Assembly (NCBI GenBank): GCA_024679065.1
Contig: JAGIQG010000032.1
Span: forward strand, 13,268,001-13,332,000
DNA: 64,000 nucleotides
Reading direction: 5' to 3'
Origin: Sphyrna mokarran
Taxonomy: Eukaryota
The translations under genes were made by a program, and so were the position numbers. The notes beneath the pieces were generated by a model. It ran no database searches. It had not been told where the DNA came from and saw nothing but the letters and a program-made list of their open reading frames with translations. Position 1 is the stretch's first letter. The number at the start of each line of letters is the position of its first letter. This document shows positions 52,538 to 64,000 of the stretch, piece by piece.

Positions 52538-52843
52538 AGTTTAGTTATTCGTCACAAGTAGCTTACACTAACACTGCACTGAAATTACTGTGAAAATCCT
52601 CTAGTCACCATATTCCAATGCCTGTTCGGACACACTGAGGGAAAATTTAGCATGGCCAATGCACCTAACCAGCACGTCTTCCAGACTAAGAGAGGAAACC
52701 AGAACAACCAGAAGAAACCTACGCAGACATAGGCAGAATATGCAGACTCTGCACAGACAATGACACAAGCTGGGAATTAAACCCAGCTCCCTGGCACTGT
52801 GCGCCTACAGTGCTAATCACTGTGCCACCATCCTACCCTAACG
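52538..52843 (-). mobile_element. V-SINE with alternative (non-CR1) 3' tail, flanked by a 35-bp direct repeat
   Basis: tRNA head plus V-domain; tail rc ...ccctcagtgtgtccgaacagg...gattttcacagtaatttcagtgcagtgttag...cttgtgacgaataactaaacttt; identical 35-mers at 52503-52537 and 52844-52878. Confidence 0.92.
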
Positions 52844-55800
52844 GAGAATAATAGTCTCAGCTGAAATAATAAAGTTAATAGGAAGCAGAATAAGGACGGT
52901 TATGTAGAGCAGCATTGGCAGAGATGTGAAACAGGCTAGTCGTAAGTTTGTTGAAACTGTGATGGATAGGGTTTTTACAGAATTATGTAGACAAATGTAT
53001 GTATTGTGACTTTCAATTTTGCTTAATAATTAGATACTATTTGCCTAACAGCCAGTCAAAATTTGTTTTAACTTGGCAAATTCAAGCATCTTGATGTTGG
53101 TCCCTTGGGCGGTTCCCTTTCATGTCTGGATAAAATAATGATGCACAAAACCTTATGAGTAGAAGCCAAGTACTAAAGACAAATTATATGGCTGAGAAAG
53201 TTGAGATTTTAATTTTATTTTTAAAACAGTTTATAATCTCAGAGGTATAGAAAATCACCCATGCATATAAAAAAACAAAGTTTGGACAGCTTCTGGCCAC
53301 GATCCCCACAGCTATGGCAGTGATTCTGTTTGGCATCCGGAACACATTTATCTATGGATCAAGTACAGATATTGAGATTATGAACTGAGTGATTGACTGC
53401 TGTAACCAGCTCCTCTGCAAAGATCAGTTTTAATGCACTTTCAACTTCAGCCAGGAGTTACGTGTATCTAACTAATAGACCTTAGGATGGGAAGAAATAT
53501 CCAAGATGCGATTGGGATGAGGCAATGAGAGAATGATGACCAACTGTAAACTTAGATTTACAAAAGTTTGTTGAAATCTTTTAGGTGTATTCCTTTAAAA
53601 AAATACTTTATGGCAATTCCTTCTGTGCCTGTTCGTGCAGATGGTATGCTTAGAAATCCAGGCCTCTTCTAGCTTGGCTTGGACTTAGCATTCACGTGGT
53701 GCAATCTGTGAGCACTAAATGTAATTTATTACCACTCTGCATACCATAATGGAAGCAAGATGAACTTTTAACAATGTGCACATTGTATCATTCTTGCTTC
53801 TAGGGGAATAAATTGTAATATGCTGAGCTTGATGCTGTCATGGGTTCCAGAAAAAGGCCCCGGCCAAGCTTGGATGTATGCCATGTTGATGTACAGATGC
53901 ATAATATACTGTAGTGCAATAGAAAAGCCTTGCTGGTGAACTGTAGCAGTGTAACAGTGGTTTGATGGAATGATGTATTTTCTGGTGCATGGATTTCAAA
54001 TGTTTGTATGGTCAGGGGAGATTTTGTATTTATTTAGACATAGTAGGACCTTAGGAATACAGCATCGTTTTATATCAAGTCATTGATAACACAGATTAGA
54101 ATTGGGTAAAAGCATTCTTTTCCTTTGTACAGTGTTTGAATTTTGCTTCTGAAAGTTGCCACTGCTTTGTGATTGTGATATTGTGAGTTTAAAATTATAA
54201 TAATTTAGACAGACAGTGGAAGATTTTTGAGTTTTTTCTCGTCATTACTCCAGCGGTTGGAATCTTCTGTAGGAAATCAAGAAATGGAGTAATCCAGTAT
54301 TAAAAAGAAACATCTTTTGTACCATCCCACCATTCATTTTGTGTTGTGAGTAACCCAGGGATGGCATCATAGCCAGCTAGAATTGACTGAGGAAGGGTCA
54401 TTCACCTCTGTTGCTGTCATTTATCTCTGCTGTTAACATGTCTTTTCTGCCTCTGACCAGCAATCTTTTTAACTGATAAAACAAAATATGAAGGAAATAA
54501 TTAAAGGCAAAAGACTAAGTTTCCATCCAATTTTTTTCTCCTTTGCTAAAGATGCCAGTTCATTTTGGAACATGTTTTCACATGGATTAGCCTTCTTGAT
54601 GTATTGTGATATCCTGCTGATGTGAGACTGAGTGGTAAGAATTGACTGTAGGTCCATTAACATTTAGTCTGTTCTCAGTTGAAGTCTCCAGACTCTGTTT
54701 CTGACCAAGCTTCTTTTCCCTTCTGTAGTCCCTAACTTGGAGTATTGTACTGAGCATTTATAATGTCCATGTTCCTGATCTTATTATGTTGGCATTACAT
54801 TCCCCACTATATCAAGGACTCGACTAAAGACCAATAGTTCCCACTTTGATGGACCGTTTACCAGCTACACTTCTGCTGGTGTATGAGAAAATATCTATCA
54901 GTGTGAGTGAAGTCCACTGATAACACTAAGAACATATTTAAATTTAGGTCCGTAACAAAATATAGAATAATAAAAAAGCCACTTGGTTCATCCAACAAAT
55001 CAAGTAGGCCTTGGATCTCACAAATCTATTTGATTTCTTAAGGAAATTAGAAACTTGCAACAAAACTTCCAGTGATCAAAATAACTGAAACTATCATTCT
55101 GGATTCTCCTATAAAAAGTAAATAAATGAAAACTTCAGCACAGTTTGGGGAAAAAAATAATCAAGGTTTAATTTTATTCTGTATTTAAATGCAATGGATG
55201 GTGTCTGAAATGTATAAATATGTATTTATACCAGTTCACTTGTCTAAATGCTAATGTTGGGAACCAGTTGAAAACTTCAGTGCCAATTATAGAATCTGTA
55301 AGAATTTAGTTTCTAGCTTTACTTTCATGCTATCATTGTGACTTGATCGTTCTTTTAACTTTGCTCATGCCTTTTGAGAGACATGAAACTACATTTGCCT
55401 CTTTAGGATTAAAATTCTGATGCACATCATACCAGTCCTGGTTTAATGAGATTCTTACTTTCCTACATTGGAGAGAAGCTTAAACACTCTTTTACATTTG
55501 TCATGCCCAGTAAAGGCATGTCATATCCATTACTTTAATCATGGACTGTATTCAGAATAGAGTTTTCTGAACTGCCTTTTTTTAAAAAATGGACATAAAA
55601 TGCTGCTCAACTCGCTGCTAGGGAGATGACTTTTGCAATTTCCAATTACCAAATTTTCAACTTCTACATTAACTCAGAAGCATCTCAAGTCTCCAGATAG
55701 TTCTAATTAAATGACCACAGGTGAAGCATCTCCCTTGGCTGGAAATAACAGGAGCATCATTCGTAAAATTTGCAACTCTTGTTGTGGAATTACCAAAATT

Positions 55801-58152
55801 CAAAATAAATGGACTCCCAGACCTTCTGCCTTTGATCTTGATTCATAACAAAGAGAGCTGCAGAAAATAGTTAAATGCTAAGTAGCTGTGGATAGCCACC
55901 ATCCATCCACCATTGAGTAGCAATGGTTTTCAACATCAAATCATTCTGGATGAATAATAGAAGTACTGATCGGGTAATCGATCACTTGATTGAAACTATC
56001 TTTGTATAATCAATCAAACTTACTCCAAACGCCAGGGAGAAACCAATCATTCTGCAAATCGTATAGTAAGAAACAGCAGCAGCAGCAAAGGCAGCAATAT
56101 CTATGCCTTAAAATTGGAGACTGCAGCATCGTAAAGTCTCCAAGCCTGTTCCTTTTCAAGGCCACTACTACATAAAACTGACTTCCTAATAATAAGACTA
56201 CAATCAACTAACTTTATGACCTGTTGGAAATCACCTCTTTGAGGGAATCCTGCAGTGACTTTGATGCATTGCTTCTGTTATTTAATTTGCCTAACTACAC
56301 TTCAAGTGAAAAATAATCTCTTCTTCATTAGGCCTGCACTAAGACAAGCCAATCGTGTGACTTACAAACTATTCCTCTGCTTTTTAACTTGTAAAAATAC
56401 ACCATCCTCTTCAACTGTATTTTTCCTTGTGAGTGACGTAGTATTAGATTTTTAGGTTGCCGTGCAAGTAAATAGTCATCTTTATTTAAACCCATACAAA
56501 GTGTGCTAATGGTTATTCAAATTAACCATACACTGAGGGTGTAAGAAACATACACATATGCCTTTCAAAAGACACACTTAGTATGAATACTAAGGGAAGA
56601 GGTTTCAGTTCTTCCTTATCCATGTCCGTAACGCATATGTCCTCCGATTCTGCAAACTAATTGCCACAACTCTTCTTTTTTGCTGTAGACGTATCAAATA
56701 TGATGAGAACATAAGACTGAAAAAATAATGCAACTTTATTTTCATAACTGGTATATCATACATTTTGCTTAATGATGCATTTTCCAAAATTTTTTGCTCA
56801 TTTAATTATGTCCACGTAGTAGGTAGGCACATAGGGAACAGCATTGCTTTAGCCAATAGCTCCAATGGGAATCTTTCAGATTTCCATGGTGGTGGCAAGG
56901 GTGTGATGATGGGGAGAGTGGTTGTTGCTCCATGTCCTCCATCAAGGCTGTCAAAGAGATTGGATCATGTCATTATATTTCAATTCCAACACTAATTCCT
57001 GATGTTCACCTTCCACCATTATTTCCTATTTTGTTGACCTGAACTGCAGTAGGACCAATTGGACATCAGAACTCAAACCACACTGTGGATGCTGGCCCCC
57101 ACACAACTGCTCCTAATGTGGTGGCAAAACCTTTGCAATGATATCAAAATAGAGAAATGGCTCCTTCTACAGAGTAATCAAGACCCCACACACAGGACAT
57201 AATCAATTTGCTACAATCCATGGTAAATCAAACCATGAAAAGAAATGAAATAAACAAGTTCATTTAAATGCTATTTTTCACCCAATGTGTCAAGGTTTTG
57301 TAGAGGGAGCCTTCTTGTAGACCGAGTACATCAGTTCAGACTCTGAATCCCAGAGACATTGTTTCAAGATCTGCAGGAGATCAAAAATTATGTCCTATTC
57401 AAAATACTTTTTCCTAATTGACTTTTCTAGAAATGTTACAGTCAATTCTCCACAGTCTGAGTTCATTGGAAGTTGAGAATCTGATTTACTGAAATTTCCT
57501 CATTATATATCTTCTTTATTCATTGAATTGTCAGCAGCATATTTTACAGAGGAAACAGCTCACAAATGATAGGTAAAGTGAATACAAGAACTTGCAATTG
57601 GTTAAGGACTGCACAATGTTGTTAGTTTGTCAAGTAGTACAACTGGTCCCCAGGCGAAGTCACTCAATTTATTATGATTACAGTCAAGATGCCTTTAAAC
57701 TGTTAAACTCATGGGTGTGGGGGTCAACTGACTCCCTTTGTTTCTTCAACTCCTTTGCAGGTCACAACAAGGTTAATCTAAAATGGATCCCTTCCCTTGT
57801 GGCTACCCTTCCCAATCCAAATGTACTTACATACTAAAAACAGCCAATTTAGCCAGGCTTTGTTGCGTTAATAAAAGAGATTTTATTATTAGTAAAACAT
57901 ACACGAGGAACAAAAAGGAACACAAACAAACACACATGTACGTACACGCATTAGAAATGAGAAGCAAGTCCAAAAATAAAATGGAAAACAAATATACAAA
58001 TTCATCTTTGCCTTCTCCTTGTGGAGTAGATAATGAAACATTGCAGCCATTAAGTTGGGTGATTCTGGTAACACTGATTTTGATAATTGAACAGTTGGTT
58101 TGAAGATTCTATTTCTGCAGATTAGTTGAAATGAGTTGTTCTATTTCCTTTT

Positions 58153-58422
58153 TAAAGTTTATTAATTAGGGTCACGTAGACTTGCATTAATGCTGCAATG
58201 AAGTTACTTGAAAATCCCCCAGCTTTCACACTCTGGCGCCTGTTCACGTACACTGAGGGAGAATTTAGCATGGCACCTAAGCAGCACATCTTTCGGACTG
58301 TGGAAGGAAACCCATGCAGACAGTAGAAGGATATGTAGATTCCGCATGGTTAGTACCCCAAGACTGGAATCAAACCCAGGTCTCTCATGCTATGAGGCAG
58401 CAATGCTAACCACTGCGCCATC
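58153..58422 (-). mobile_element. V-SINE with alternative 3' tail
   Basis: Collinear with 52538-52843. Confidence 0.88.
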
Positions 58423-59033
58423 ACAATTGTAGCCTCACTGACTTTTGACTTGCTTTTATCATTCAGCGAGAGAGAGACTTTTTTTGCATGTAAGCAGAGG
58501 GGGAATACATGGTGGATGTTCTTCAGCTGTGAACTTCACAACAGAGTAGAATTAGAACACAGGATTTTAGTTGGGTTTTAATCCCTTAATATTCCTGGAA
58601 GTGAAAAAACATGAAAAAGTATTTTGTCCAGAACTACGGGCCTTCAATTCACATCATGTCCACAATTTGGACATAACCCACAGAAGACAATTTCTGCTGA
58701 GATGATAATCTGACTCCATTATCTTCACAGGAGATTACAGTTCAGTTTTTGCATTATATCTCTTTTTTTGAAATGTCTGCGTCTGAAAAATTGTGTCATT
58801 CAGTTCCCTCTAGAATAGTTCATCAACCATTACCCGCAATAGAATTTTCCAACAAGTGCTTATTTTACAATTTCAGCCAGTTTTGCTTGTATGTCCCTTT
58901 TTAAAGAAAACACATATGTTGCTTAAGATTTCAATATGTTTGTAAGCAATTTGAAGCTATAATCCATTGTTATGACACAAGTTAACTGTTTCTTTTAGTG
59001 CAACAGCTGTCATAGGCTTGAAATTTCACTCTT

Positions 59034-59334
59034 GGGTGTTGGCACAGTAATTAGCACTGCTGCCTCACAGCACTAGGGACCTGAGTTCGATTCCCAGCCT
59101 GGGTCACTATGTTGTGTCTGCATGAGTTTCCTCCAGGCGTTCCAGTTCTCCCCCCCCCCCCACCCCTCACAGTCTGAAAGACATGTTGGTTTGGTGCATT
59201 GGCCATACTAAATTCTCCCTCAGTGCACCTGAACAGGTGCCTGAAGTGTGACAACTAGGGGATTTTCACATTAACTTCATTGTAGTGTTACTGTAAACCT
59301 ACCTGTGACAATTAATAAACTTTAACTTTACTTT
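59034..59334 (+). mobile_element. V-SINE with alternative 3' tail
   Basis: Head tggcacagtaattagcactgctgcc, B-box gagttcgattcc, tail ending aataaactttaactttacttt. Confidence 0.9.
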
Positions 59335-62069
59335 TCAACAGAGTCAGCCAGAGTCGGACCAATTCACAACTCTGCAAACTCCATCCAGGAATAAGTAACC
59401 AAAATTTTGGATTTGTGTTCGGGAACTGGGCCTTATAGGAGTCATAGTGGCCTGAACAAACAAGTGCAGTCTTTGAGATTCTATGGTGTTTTCACATGAA
59501 GTTTATTCAAACATGTACTAGGAGAGCACCCAGAAAACTAGCTCAGGCTGCTCTTCTGAGTGACTCTACTCAGGTAGATTTGAATAGCATTCTTATACAA
59601 TTTCATGTTGCGATGTATACACTCAATTTCCAATTGGGCCATTATCTGTTAATTCAGTTTTTATTATTTTGGAACTATATTTACAATTGATGATAATGGG
59701 ATCTGTAGGCCTGTTTTCCTCATTAGACTATCTTGCACAATGCTATTTCAGCTACCCAGGATGATGTTATCTTGCACTGTTTCCTTCTTTATTTCCTGTG
59801 TTAATTGTTTCTACTCCTGTGTGATATGAAATCATAATAAGCCTCCTCTGGAATGTAAATTTATTAATTACTGCAACTATCACCTCTTTGATCATTTTCT
59901 TGGTTTTTGATTAGATTTATAGAAGGAATAATGATCTATACATTCTTCCCAGACATGGTAAAGTCATGGTAAACAGTACCTTGGATCTCCATTATTGTTA
60001 CAATGTCTGGTATCCATCACCTGGTTTGTGGCTGTCTGGTTAGCCCTCACAGCAGTGTTCTTTCATGTCTCTACACACATTCCCAAATGCTCCATCAATG
60101 ACAATCTACATCACCTTACTCCCCCACCCACTCACTCTCCCCACCCCTATCCTTATGACATTCATGCCAACAAAAGCCTCATCACCACCCAATTGGTCCT
60201 GAAACCCACTATGCCAATCTAAGCTCCTCTATCCATCCCATAGATTTTTATTGCTCCTGTGTCAACTTAGCATCAATTCATGCAAAGCCATGTCCCACCT
60301 ACCACCCTTGCTTTTGAACCAACCATGCCAACTCACCCAGTGTCCGCCATAGGAAGATGTCATGACACATGCTGAGATTAAATTAAGTTGTGTCTACTGA
60401 CCAATTCATTATTTTTAATGAAGCACTCTGATTAAAAAAAATCTGTTCACCTTTTAATTTTCTTTAATTGCTTATAAAAATAATTACAGGAAATCATAGT
60501 TCCACTTTCAAGAATTTGTAACTACTTGGAGCTATCAATCAAACTGTAAACTAATAGTTACTCCACTGTGATAACGTAAAGATATGAAATCAGTCATGGA
60601 GCACTAATCCTGTAATGATAACCCTTGGGTTTATGTCAATAGTCAGAGTGAAATAGCAAGCACAATTTTTTTTAAACATTGCAAACCATTTCTTCAAATA
60701 TTTAAAGGAGATTTAAATACTGACTCCTTTGGTCCTTTTTTGAAGACTTTCTTGACAGTTCTGATATGTTTATGCAGTTTTTATGTGCTTTCTTGAATTT
60801 AACAATTTCAAAGGGCATATTACCTCTCTCAAAGAGCATCTTACCTCCCTTCAGTGGTAGCATATCTTTCACAAAGGGCAGTTGACCTGCCCCGTCGATA
60901 TCCTTTGTCTATCCAAAATGGTACCCTGTCTCTCTAATGAGCTCTGGTAGTCTAAGACCTTCCCCTTTCAGGTCTAAAGTGCACAAGCTGTGTTTTAAAT
61001 GTGCCACTGGAGTAAATGAGATCAGCCTAAAGGTTTAAAATGTGCAGTTGTCTCCATGAACAATAGATGTACAGCTTAGAACCCACCCCTGTTCCCCTTC
61101 CCCTAATACTACATTTGGGACATGAAGTCTGGATTTTAATATTGACAGAAATTCTTTGGTTTTACAAAAATTAATGTGCAAATGTAGGAAGTGCTCGCCC
61201 TCCTGTTATGGCACAAATAAATACATCCTTGTGGAAATTCTGGAACCAAAATAACTAAAATGTTGCAGTATATCTCAAATTTGAACAGACTTTGTGATTT
61301 AATGCTGCATGTCCAGCTCCACGAATCCTAGAAAACATGGCAACGGAATGGGGGTGAAGGTGACTGCAGTATGTGTGCCAATAAGAGTATTTGCTCCTCA
61401 GTCCCTCAAACAAACGTGCTACTCTCAATACAGTTTGAAATCTGCCCCTCAATCACTTTAATACCCCCTTCTTTGTAATCAGCACCCTCAACCCACAGTC
61501 CCCTCAACCCATAGTCCCCTCAACCACCTTCAGTTCTCAGCACAAATTCTTGCAACTGGCTCCATCTAACAGTCAAAAGCAAACTTCAGAATTTCAATGC
61601 CATATTTGACCCATTTAGCTCATGGCCAGTATTCACACCATTTCTTTTGAGTCCATCGGTGATTTAGTTTAATCATTTTTACTTATATTTTGAGGCCGTA
61701 TGCAAACAAAAACCTAGAATATATATATATGTTGGGTGGGGTGTATATGTCACGTGAGCCCTGGTGAGGGGGTTTAGTGCCTCCCAGTATGGAATGCCAT
61801 TGTCAGTTTTTGACTTGACTGAGGGACAGTGCACACCTTTAATGAAGATTTTTTCTCGCATTGATGTTTACGAGGCTTACTTTGTGGCTTTTTTGTGTAT
61901 TAATTTGTTAAATACATATGTGACAGGAGTCACTTTTGTGCAGTCTTCACCAGGTGTTTTGGGCGCTGCAAAGCTCAAAGGGAACATCACTTTCAACCCT
62001 GTTTCTTCAATATATTATTACATAATATCCCCTTCATTCACCTCTGCAACATCACATGCTAGCACCCTA

Positions 62070-62330
62070 ACTTCAGCTATTTTGCTGCTGAATCCAGGAT
62101 TTCCAACATTAAATCTATTCTTGAAGGTTTCATCACACGATCTCTTGCCTCCATGCAACCATCTCCTTCAAACAGCAATGTACAATGAAACATGGATGTA
62201 CATTTTCCGGTCCATTGTCTAGTCTTAGCCCAAAGTGGCATTCAACGGGAAGTGCCACCTTTCTCTCCCGTCCAGAACTTGGGACTGAGATCCCTCAGGG
62301 CAGTTTTTGCCAGATCCTCGCAGTCTTAGT
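62070..62330 (+). mobile_element. L2-type LINE ORF2 C-terminal fragment
   Basis: LNLFLKVSSHDLLPPCNHLLQ resembles the L2 FKIL.LVFKSLHGLAPPYL..LLQ motif; gccacctttctc...gggactgagatccctc resembles AFS....LWNSLP. Confidence 0.5.
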
Positions 62331-62520
62331 GTGTGGTCTTAGCCTGCAGGATGAACTCCTCGGTTCCCATCTCCAGAATCAGCTGGGAGAAGTCAGGATT
62401 GTGTGCTGCCAGGTTATGGAGCAGCATGTAGGCCTGCTTCTGGACATTCATCTCCAATATTTTTGTAACTGGTACATGAAAATGTTCAAAACAAATGGGC
62501 ATACAATTCGTTAATTCCCT
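62330..62520 (-). pseudogene. Possible Tigger-type DDE_1 transposase fragment
   Basis: CFEHFHVP..KILEMNVQKQAYMLLHNLAAHNP...FILQAKTT resembles WF...FVP......ALLLLDNAPAHP...FLPPNTT. Confidence 0.4.
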
Positions 62521-63589
62521 GGTAATTTTTTTCCTCATTAGTGTTTAGGAGATAAGCATTTCCAGTATTTGTTTCCATTTCAGACTTCCAGTATTCATTG
62601 TATTTTGCTCCTTTTTCTGAACACACTCTTTGAAGGGCCTTGGAATAATTTTCCACCTGAAAGAAGCTTTCTAAATGTATGTTTTCTGTTGTGCACGACC
62701 TCCCTTCCGAATGTTCCAATTTGGCCCTGGTTTACAGATTGGAATGTCTTGTTAGTAACCCAGAAATTCCAAATAACCATTCCCGTTTAAACCCATTACT
62801 AAACGTTGTAAATGAACTGAAGCATGAAACTATTTTGACACACCATGACATAGGCAGATTTCATTTGCACTTACTATATGTGTGATAGAAAACTCCCAAA
62901 TTCCAGGAAAATGTCAAATAATGAAATAGGCATGTGTCTAAATACTCTACTGTGCTACCGCACACAGTTTGGCTTCAGAGATCATTAAAGAGGTCAACCA
63001 AGTTAAGTTTCTGGACAGTTTCACATAAGTGAAGGCTAATATCAGAGAGTTGGTGCCTGCGAGTCTGTAACAACAGTGTTTACAAAGAAGTAAACAGCAG
63101 ATCTGAATGATTGGGAGGGGTTGCCTGAAGCCTTTTAACCAGTGTTGTTACCAGTGCTTTACAAGTTTCTAAGCTGGTGTCTTTGTATCAGCTTGCAGGC
63201 AACAGAATAAGGTGCTTCTTTTGATGGAAACATACACAGTTGACCTCAAACACTGCATTTATTGCAGTGAGTTGCAATCCACTTCTTGAATCGGCAAGTA
63301 CGTTTTATGCTGGATTCAATAAATGTTGGCAATAAAAAAAGCAAGCAGAACCAGCAGTCTCAGTTGGTTTTGAGTATTTCCCCGTGAAAAAATATATTTG
63401 AGGTAATTTTCTGGCATTGTCTTAATATCCTAACTTAATAATTCCAAGTTTTTTGCACCTAACACCAACCTCAGGTTCATTACTTTAAAAAGTAATGACT
63501 CAATTTCATTCTGTAGTTAGCTTATTTGAAGTATTAGAAGTGCTGACTGGTAGTACAACTGATAACAACCCAAAAATAAATTTTCTGTA

Positions 63590-63690
63590 ATCGAAAGAGA
63601 AAACGTAGGAAATCTCAGCAGGTCTGGCAGTATCTGTAAGGAGGGAAAAGAACTGATGTTTCAAGTCCAGATGACCCTTTGTCAAAGCTG
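63590..63690 (-). mobile_element. Penelope-like terminal-repeat fragment with decayed hammerhead core
   Basis: rc TTGACAAagggtc-atctg-gactt-GAAAcatcag...cagatactgccagacctgctgagatttcc. Confidence 0.75.
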
Positions 63691-64000
63691 AGCAAAAGTA
63701 ATTTGTTTTTATTACTTAATAAATTTTCTGTATTTAGTAAGGTCAGCTACTGGGAAGATCTGGTTTAAAAAAAATCACTCTTGGTTTATCCAAAAGCATA
63801 AGGCTAATCCACAGTCTCATTTCTGAACTTCGATCAACAATCTCCGATTGACCTTCCTTCTCCACTGGCTCCATCCTTAATTCCAACACTAAGCGTCCGG
63901 AATTTTCCATCACAAAGATCTGTGCAAGTGCTTCAGCTTTTTCCCACCTCATGATCCCTTCAAGTTGCTCCTTCGCTTCAGCCATATCCTATAGCACCTC

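Noticed and set aside
53585-53643. Plus-strand exon candidate (CIPLKKYFMAIPSVPVRAD)
   Set aside because: Modest splice sites and an unrecognised peptide; expected by chance in 64 kb.
54540-54900. Possible minus-strand endonuclease remnant (GDFN)
   Set aside because: A single short motif with too little surrounding similarity to call.
60845-61030. Minus-strand exon-like segment ending GAG|gtaaga
   Set aside because: All three frames contain stops from either candidate acceptor; no other support.
1-64000. ORF-track entries as genes; prokaryotic systems such as CRISPR arrays, operons or retrons
   Set aside because: The sequence is vertebrate. ORFs are short and overlapping, and are either transposon fragments or unrecognisable. 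There is no regularly spaced repeat array.

Overview
This window is AT-rich, CpG-depleted vertebrate genomic DNA, not prokaryotic sequence. The repeat repertoire points to a cartilaginous fish (shark): HE1/V-SINEs with CR1 tails, Deu-domain SINEs, CR1, L2 and RTE LINEs, and Penelope-type terminal repeats. I find no intact protein-coding gene; the recognisable ORFs in the track are disrupted transposon fragments and the rest look like chance ORFs. The window reads as an intron or intergenic region packed with nested mobile-element fossils: a near full-length decayed CR1, a second large CR1, three Ty3/Gypsy remnants (one with a diverged LTR pair), two RTE remnants, a pogo (POGK-like) transposase fossil, MITE-like elements and about 15 SINEs. 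Most worth follow-up: (i) a young, CpG-rich V-SINE whose tRNA head is replaced or extended by a multi-hairpin leader; (ii) a palindromic Penelope-type insertion with two back-to-back hammerhead-like cores, plus further decayed hammerhead motifs elsewhere; (iii) a V-SINE subfamily with a swapped 3' tail, one copy flanked by a perfect 35-bp duplication; (iv) a few candidate exons and enhancer-like islands. Family names come from recalled consensus motifs, not database searches, and boundaries are approximate (tens of bp). I see no convincing wholly new biological system.
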